Of a stretch of DNA of 64,000 nt, positions 55,556 through 64,000 are shown piece after piece. The stretch lies in NCBI RefSeq assembly GCF_009914755.1, contig NC_060931.1; one strand, given 5' to 3'. This DNA is from the human T2T-CHM13v2.0 reference genome, Homo sapiens. How positions within the stretch are numbered: position 1 is the stretch's first letter; every line of letters begins with the position of its first letter. Below the pieces are notes generated by a model, which worked only from the letters and a program-made list of their open reading frames with translations, made no database searches and was not told where the DNA came from. The position numbers and the translations under genes were made by a program.

Positions 55556-58500
55556 CGCGTAAATGGCTCTCAAAGGAGCTCCCCAGGCCCGCAGGAGTGA
55601 GGCTGGGAAGTCTCGGGGTCTCCAGAGCCGGCTACTATGGCACCTGGACGCTCCTCCTCTCCTGGCTCTGCCTCTTGCCCCAGCTTTCCCCTTCCCTGCT
55701 GGTTTAATGCCGTCTCTGGTCATGGGGCTCCGTGCCTGGTCCTGTGTGGCGTGAAGGCTTCCCAAACCTGCCCGCCGGAGAGAGACATCCCCCGCAGGGG
55801 CTCCCCATCAGGGCAGGGCACACCCCCACCCGCCGTGCTGGGAAGGGGGGACTATGTACCCCTCCATGTGCAGGCCTTGCCTATGCCACGCAGTCCTCAA
55901 TGGTGAGAAACAGCTTTCCTGCAAAAATAGGCTCCTCCAAATGTGCGCCACAAAGCCGGCATCGTCCAGACAGCAGCAACGGCCTGCCGTGTCTGTGAAC
56001 GCAGGCCCCACAAAGCTGGAGAGTTCGCCCTGCGGCCTGGTTTACTCATCAGGCCTCCGCGCCAGCACCCGAGCCAGAGCGAGAACGGCCAGCCCAGCCG
56101 CGTGGCCCCAGAGTGAAATTCTCGGTGGCCCAGTGCCCCTCATCCTGGGAGAGCAGCCATCTGTGCCCGTCAACCACGTGGGAACGATGGAATGGAATCT
56201 TCCAGAAATACAGGGCACTGGGTCTGAAGGTGGAGGGACTGGGGCCAGGGGAGCGCCTGCCAAGGCCCCGGCACTGGTGGCGTGGGGTGCAGGGGACCCC
56301 AGCCCCTTTCTGCTGCAGCTGGTGACTTGCAGCCTTGGGCAGGGACATCTGGCATGGTTTCGCGAGGCCCTCCTGGTTCGGTGACTTATCGCTAAGAACT
56401 AAGAAGCCTGGAGCCTGACAAGATCAAACAATGAGAGACAGAGATCTCTCAAGGTGCACAGGCAGAGACACGACGGGCCCAGGGAAGACTCCAGGCAGGC
56501 AGGAGGGCCGAAGTTCAGAGGCCGTGAGCCGTGTGGGTCTGAGGAGGTCACAGCTTGTGCCGGCATCTGTTGGTCGCCAGCACAGACACGCATCACGCGT
56601 CTCACGCTGGGAGTTCAGAAACCCCACAGGCAAATCTGCGGAAGGTGCAGCGCGACTCCACAGGCTGGCAGCACCCCCTCCCTCCTCAGCAAAATTCATG
56701 AACTTTCCTGTTTTCTGTGATCATGGGAAATCTTTGGTCACTTCCTGCAATGCCTAACTTTTCGTTTTTCACGTCTCTGTCACTGCGCTTGGTTTTAATG
56801 TCGTCATCTGTGAAATGGGCCTACTCACAGCTCCTGTGCCCTCAGTGCCTCAGGACTCTCCAAGGATGAGCGAACTCAAAGATCACTGTCCATATCCTCA
56901 TCTTCAACACTCAAGAGGATGGATTCTGAAAAGCACTTACTCAGCACGGCTTTCCCAAGTTAAGTTCTATATTATTTAAGTCGAATGGAGAAGTATGAAG
57001 CCAACTTTTTTCTTAACATCCCCACTCTCCAAAAAACGTTCTCTAGCCTTTAAAGGTGGACGCGGTGGCTCCCGGCCGACTCAGGCGTAATTAGTCACAT
57101 CGGGACGGTGACACTCTTCTCCACCTCCTCACTCAGAGCCAGCCAGGCAGAAATGTCACCCTTCTGAAAGCAAAGTGATAGGGAAACAGATCTTGAAAAA
57201 ACTCGATGATTCTTTATCTTACAAAAGGATGTGACAGGATTTCTTGAGAAGCCACGTCCCCGCAGATGATTAACACGCAGCCGCTTTGATAACCGTCCTG
57301 CGAAGTCGCCTTCATCACGTCCTTGCTTTTCAGAGTCCCGAGCCTTGCTCTGAGTGAGCATCTCCGTGTTGCCTTTCGGCCGTTTCCAGAGAAATGTACC
57401 GGTTTCTTGATGGAAGTGTTTCCTTCCTGCCTCTCCCTCCTCTGAGTGCTCCATTCACCCGCAGGTGAGCCTCGACTCAGCTTCTTCCAGACAGTCCAAG
57501 GCAGGGGCACGGACTGCACCTTCCCTGCGCCTGGGAGGCCCATTTTCCAGGAACAAGTGACATTCTGGGCTGGGTTTTCCCTGCAAATAAAGCCCTTTCT
57601 CCTTAGTTCATCCCAGAAGAAAACTGGAATTTTTAAAGGACCTTTCTAAGAAAATGAAGGCAAAGCAACACAAAAACCAGAATCAAAGCCCAGAGACAGG
57701 GATCAGGCAGAGTGTAGAGAATGCAGGCCCAGAGGCCCAAACCCTACCAAGCAAAGGCCCCGCCGGGCTCTGTTCCTTCAGCACAACCCCTTCCTCTCCA
57801 GCCCGACGCACCTGCGGCACAGGTGAGGTCTCAGGATGGGCGGCATCTCAGATGCTCACCCGGTTTTACCCTCACAGGAACCCCAGGGGAAAGGCACTGC
57901 CATCAAGCCCGTCTCACAGGGGAGAAGAAGGTTGGAGGTCTGTCCTGGGACACAGCACCTGCAACAGCAAAGCGTCTCAGCTCTGACACCTTGCTGATGG
58001 AGCCCAGAATCTGTGCTCCACATCTAGACCTGACCACCTGCTGTCATGGCAGAGCGGGGGACCCAGCGGCTGCCCCAATGACCTGCCCACCCCTGCCCCT
58101 TCCCATCAGGCTTTCATGTGGCCCCTTCCCCGGGGGTCCCTGAGACGTGTGCTCTCCCTCTTGTTCCACCTGCTGGGACACCTTGACCAGGTAACTAAGT
58201 CCCTCCCTGCAGTCCTGAGACACCAGCCTCTTCCTGGTGACACCCAGTGGCTGCACAGCCCCATGGATCCCCCCATCGGGGCAGGCACCTGCCGCCTCCT
58301 GTCTCCCAGGGAAGCCTCCTTCTCTCACACCCTGGCCTGTCTCCTTTATAAGAGTGTTGTATGCTCCCCTCTCTAGATGGAGTGCTCATTTCTAGAGTTC
58401 TGTTACTCCGGGTCTCCAGCACGGAATCCCAGCCTCTGTGCAGAAAGCAGCAGCGTGAGCTCCAGTGGGTAGAGTGTCCCAGGGCGGGAGGGGGCTCTCG

Positions 58501-59310
58501 GGGCCAGGAGGCCCTTCCTGTGGGGCCACAGCCAGGCCAGCCCCGCCTGAAGGTCTGGGCTCCGGGGCAGTGTGCAGCCTCCACCCTCCCACATGTGTCC
58601 TTTGTCACAGAAAGTCTCCGCTCTTGGTGCTGAGCCTGCCCCCCAGACGGTGCAGCCGGCCTCTCCCACCTGCTGGGGCTCCTCACATCTAGCTTGGCCT
58701 CCAGACATCACCAACCTCTGCTGTTTATTTCATCGGATCGTGGGGTTCAGATGCCACGTTTTGTCCAACGTGCCCCAGGAGTGGCTGCATGTCAGGAACA
58801 TGTCGCTGGGAATCTCTGTGGCTTATCTGACCGTCCTGCCATCCTCAGGTGAGGGGCAGTGAGGTGGCCGGTTGGGTGTCTGGCGGAAACGAGGCTTTGC
58901 GCACAGAGGGCTGGGCTGCTGGATCACCACGGAATTGGCTGCCTTGTAGCTGTGATGAGTCGGAAGGTCGGTGACTCTGATGCGTTCCTGCGGCACCAAC
59001 CTGCATGTGCTTTCTACAGCCTGTGTGTGCCAGGGAGGGTGGCGGTCAGTGCCCCGAGATTGGCTGTAGCTTCCGAGCCTAAAAGGCTACCTGTGTGAGT
59101 CCTGGGAAGAGGTCTACCTGGAGCTCACCTGTGGCGTGAGTCTGTGCCTCTCTGCTCCTGTACCAGGGACATGCCCACCAGGAGACCCCGCATGGCTGAG
59201 AGGGCACGGGAATGCACTTGTAAAGTGAGCTCAGAGGAAGGAAAATCAGAACTGCTGAGTGAGAGGAGACGCCAGGGTCCAAGGCCCACGCCTGGCCCAC
59301 TTGGTTGCTG

Positions 59311-59999
59311 GACTCCACACGATGCCCGCTGCTCCCCACACCCACCCCAACTGCACACGACGCCCGCCACTCCCCACACCCACCCCGACTCCACACGATG
59401 CCCGCTGATCCCCACACCCACCCCAACTCCACATGACGCCCGTCTCTCCCCACACCCACCCCAACTGCACACGATGCCCGCTGCTCCCCACACCCACCCC
59501 GACTCCACACCATGCCCGCCGCTCCCCACACCCACCCCGACTCCACACGACGCCCGCCTCTCCCCACACCCACCCCAACTCCACACGATGCCCGCCGCTC
59601 CCCACACCCACCCCGACTCCACACCATGCCCGCCGCTCCCCACACCCACCCCGACTCCACACGACGCCCGCCTCTCCCCACACCCACCCCAACTCCACAC
59701 GATGCCCGCCGCTCCCCACACCCACCCCGACTCCACACCATGCCCGCCGCTCCCCACACCCACCCCAACTCCACACTGCCCGCCACTCCCCACACCCACC
59801 CCGACTCCGCACGATGCCCACCTCTCCCCACACCCACCCCAACTCCACACGACGCCTGCCGCTTCCCACTCCCACCCCGACTCCGCACGATGCCCACCCC
59901 TCCCCACACCCACCCCAATTCCACACCATGCCCGCCGCTCCCCACACCCTCCCCAACTCCACACTGTGCCCGCCGCTCCCCACACCCACCCTGACTCCC
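59311..59999. repeat. 38-bp C-rich minisatellite, ~18 copies (G-rich on the transcribed strand)
   Basis: ACTCCACACGATGCCCGCCGCTCCCCACACCCACCCCR units. Confidence 0.95.
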
Positions 60000-61713
60000 A
60001 CCAGCACCTGCTGGCATCGTGGAGTCAGGGAAATATCTCAGTAACATTCATTTTCAAAACAGCATTGGTTGATGAGGAAGATCCAGTTTCCCTGAGTTTA
60101 CAATCTGTACGCACAGAGTCTAAGTCAGCCGGACTCATACTTGGCCTGAGTGTGTTTCTCGTTTCGGCCCTGCAGTTGTGGGCGGTGGTGAGACGCGTTC
60201 CGAAACAGGACCCCGTCACGGTGTGTGGCCCTCGATGACCCCCCAACAGGGTGTCTGGAGTCAGGCTTTGCAGGGTTTCCGCCAGGTGGAGGCTGAGTCT
60301 GTCCTTGCGGTTTAGGCCTTCCAGCAGAAGTGGTGCTTGCTGTCAGAGCTGCCATTACATATGTGAATGCCAAACACAATTCTCTGAGAAATACAGTATT
60401 TCCAGGTACCAATAGAGCTTGAGATATCATCAAATTGTTACTCAAGCACCTTGAAATGTGGAAATATCAGAACACAATGAGAGCTCGCTAAGCGGCTCTC
60501 CTCTTGGCTGACCTGTCAGATGAATGTCTTTGGCTGATGGGTTTGGCCCTAATACCAAATCTCATCACAAATATGAACTCCTGGTCTCTGCTCCTTTTCT
60601 AAAAGGGACAAATGTCAAAACAGCCTCAGAAAAGTCAGATCTAAAGTAACAAAACCACAGTCCATCAAGGGAGGAGGTTCTGCCAAAGTCGATGACAGGT
60701 CTGCCGAGTGAACTCCACGAGCTGTCTGCTCCCGGGTGTGAACAACTCGGGTTTGATTTCTGGCGGGTGGTCCGGCTTCGTGGGCTCGCCCCAGGGAGTG
60801 ATGGGAAAAAATGTGCCCTCCTCAGCTCAGGGATCGGGAAAGCCAGGCTTCTTGACTGTTGCTTCTCCTCATTTTAAGTTATCCAGGGAGAAGGCTGCTG
60901 AGTTCCTCAGTTTCCCCAAACGTCTGGTCCAAGCGGGTCTAGAACTGCGTGTTTCCCACCAGACGTCAGCTGTTTGTCCCTGGAGCGTCAGCTGGGCCGG
61001 GAGGCCTCCAGCCTTGATCTCCAAGCTCTGCAATGAGGCTTTTTAGTGAAAACATGGTTTTCTGGCTTTTTGTGGTCCAGATCCACCAGTCTATACTATT
61101 ATTAACTCATTAGGCAAAAATAATTTTTAAAAAATGTAAGCATTTAACAGCAACTTACAGGGTCCATCCTGCAACCTGGGAACTTAATGGTACGGCGAAG
61201 AATGTTTCCCTGACCCGTAAGTGCAGCCGCTGCTTCGGCCAAGCAGCGTAACAGGCTCTGCCCTTTCACCCCAGAGGCTCCGTCTCCAGTGCGGGAAACA
61301 GCACAGCCAGGCACGGTCACCCACCAGGACGACGCCTACGGCCTGGAGATCCAGGAGGCAGCCAGCAGGACGTGCTGCGCTATTGACAGCTGTCCTAATA
61401 ACACCCGGACATTCATTATGTATGGAGTGGCAATGCACGGCCACACACGCGTGATCACTCCAGCGAGGACCCTGGAAAAGGCCGCTGAAGCCGCGTCGCC
61501 GTGAGCCTCTGGCCGGCGCCACCAGGAAGGCTCCTGTGAAGAGCCGAGCACCCAGCCCACACCTCCTCCTGCCTTGCTGTCACAGCAGTGACATTTATTT
61601 ACCCAAATGACGCTTGCTGGCCTTGAGTGCCAAGGAGACAGCAGCTGCTTCCGAGTCAGAGGCCCAAAACGGCAGCGCACATGGTAGGCACTAACAGACG
61701 TGTATTCCACTGA

Positions 61714-62039
<326 letters not shown>

Positions 62040-62314
62040 GGGTGCTCACTCTTACACACCAGGGACTGTGTGTGGGGGCTGCACGTTCCAGGCAGAAGCA
62101 CGGCAAAGATCTCAGGAAGTAAATATTCTTGTTTATCTAAATTAAGAAGACTCCCTGCAGAAAGAGCCCTGCCTGTCAGCCTCTGCAGCGGGCAGGGTGC
62201 AGCCATCATCGCCCAGTCCCCGAGGGTCAGCGGGCGCAGATGCTGGGTGTTGCAGGGGCCGAGGAAGGAGGGCCCTGGTGTTTGTGTGGCAGGGAGTGCA
62301 AAGACTGGGCTTAC

Positions 62315-62509
62315 CAGGATCATGTGGCCGGTGGAGATGTCCATGTTGGACTGCACAGGCTCCTCGGACCAGGATGAGGCGCTGCTGCGTGCGGAGGGGC
62401 TGGGGATCGGCCCGTCGCTGAACTGGGATGAGACGCTGCTGATGCGTGACGTGTGCGGGCCCTCAGGTCGGTCTGGTGGCCGCGTGGCCATACGCTGGCG
62501 GCACAGCTC
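62315..62509 (-). CDS. PTPRN2: PTPRN2 coding exon (195 nt, phase 0/0), juxtamembrane Ser-rich region [12 protein letters not shown]...DISTGHMIL
   Basis: Acceptor ...CCTGTCCTGCAG|GAG, donor CTG|GTAAGC; 65 codons, in frame with the next exon. Confidence 0.96.
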
Positions 62510-62763
62510 CTGCAGGACAGGGGGAGGAAGAGCAGGGGGTTAGTGGCATTGGGGACACCCAGCAGGACGAGGGCCACGGCACCCACGTGGCACAACCCCT
62601 TCTCCTGCTAAGATCCAAGGTTCAGGCAGGCGAGAGTTTACCCCAGGGCAGGCCAGCGCAACATGACGGTCAACGCACCCCAAAGCACGCGCCCAGCACG
62701 GTGACCCGAGAAGACTTCAGGCTTGTGCAGGAAAAGAGAGGCCTTGCTCTCAGAATCTGAGAA

Positions 62764-64000
62764 TACAAACACACATACACACACACATATACACACACAC
62801 ACCACACACACACACACATCACACATATATACACACATACACCACACACACCACACACATCACACATATACACACACATACGCCACACACACACACCACA
62901 CACATCACACATATACACACACATACACCACACACACCACACACATCACACATATACACACACATACGCCACACACACACCACACACATCACACATATAC
63001 ACACACATACACCACACACACCACACACGTCACACATATACACACACATACGCCACACACACACACCACACACATCACACATATACACACACATACGCCA
63101 CACACACACACCACACACATCACATATACACACACATATGCCACACACACACCACACACATCACACATATACACACACATACGCCACACACACACACCAC
63201 ACACATCACACATATACACACACATACGCCACACACACACCACACACATCACACATATACACACACACACCACACACATCACACATATACACACACATAC
63301 ACCACACACACCACACACATCACACATATACACACACAAACGCCACACACACACCACACACATCACACATATACACACACATATGCCACACACACACACC
63401 ACACACATCACACATATACACACATACACCACACACACCACACACATCACACATATACACACACATACACCACACACACCACACACATCACACATATACA
63501 CACACACCACACACACACCACACACATCACACATATACACACACATACACCACACACACACCACACACATCACACATATACACACACACCACACACATCA
63601 CACATATACACACACATACACCCCACACACACACCACACACATCACACATATACACACACATACACCCCACACACACACCACACACATCACACATATACA
63701 CACACATACACCACACACACCACACACATCACACATATACACACACAAACGCCACACACACACCACACACATCACACATATACACACACATACGCCACAC
63801 ACACACCACACACATCACACATATACACACACATACACCACACACACCACACACATCACACATATACACACACATACACCACACACACCACACACATCAC
63901 ACATATACACACACACCACACACACACACCACACACATCACAGACACACACACACCACACACATCGCAGACACACCACACACACACACCACACACATATG
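62764..64000. repeat. Complex (CA)-rich satellite with ~40-bp degenerate units; UG-rich in the pre-mRNA; runs to the window end
   Basis: CACACATATACACACACATAC(G/A)CCACACACACCACACACAT units. Confidence 0.96.

Noticed and set aside
59079-60238. Long ORFs (203-364 aa, Pro/His/Thr- or Gly/Val-rich)
   Set aside because: They are produced by a stop-poor 38-bp repeat and are open in several frames on both strands.
62638-63811. Cys/Val-rich ORFs resembling metallothionein or keratin-associated proteins
   Set aside because: They are translations of TG-rich repeat.

Overview
Primate (very likely human) genomic DNA, almost entirely intronic. Four minus-strand coding exons (62509-62315, 28233-28086, 10734-10661, 1974-1897) splice in frame with canonical GT-AG sites. 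They encode the juxtamembrane region and the N-terminal part of the PTP domain of PTPRN2 (IA-2beta/phogrin; distal 7q36 by recall). The introns carry at least 12 tandem repeats/minisatellites, an intronic CpG island, 10 Alus, L1 remnants, MaLR/ERV LTRs, Tigger4 and MIR fragments. Nearly all long ORFs in the supplied track are repeat or GC artefacts, and there is no CRISPR array or microbial system. The best novel candidate is a set of exon-adjacent tandem repeats built from splice signals: a 65-bp VNTR that copies an exon end plus its 5' splice site nine times, a 16-bp VNTR of branch-point-like CTAAC units abutting a 3' splice site, and a UG-rich array ending in a cryptic acceptor. One minisatellite has the unit of Jeffreys' DNA-fingerprinting probe 33.15. 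Repeat subfamily names are assigned from memory of consensus sequences, not from a database search.
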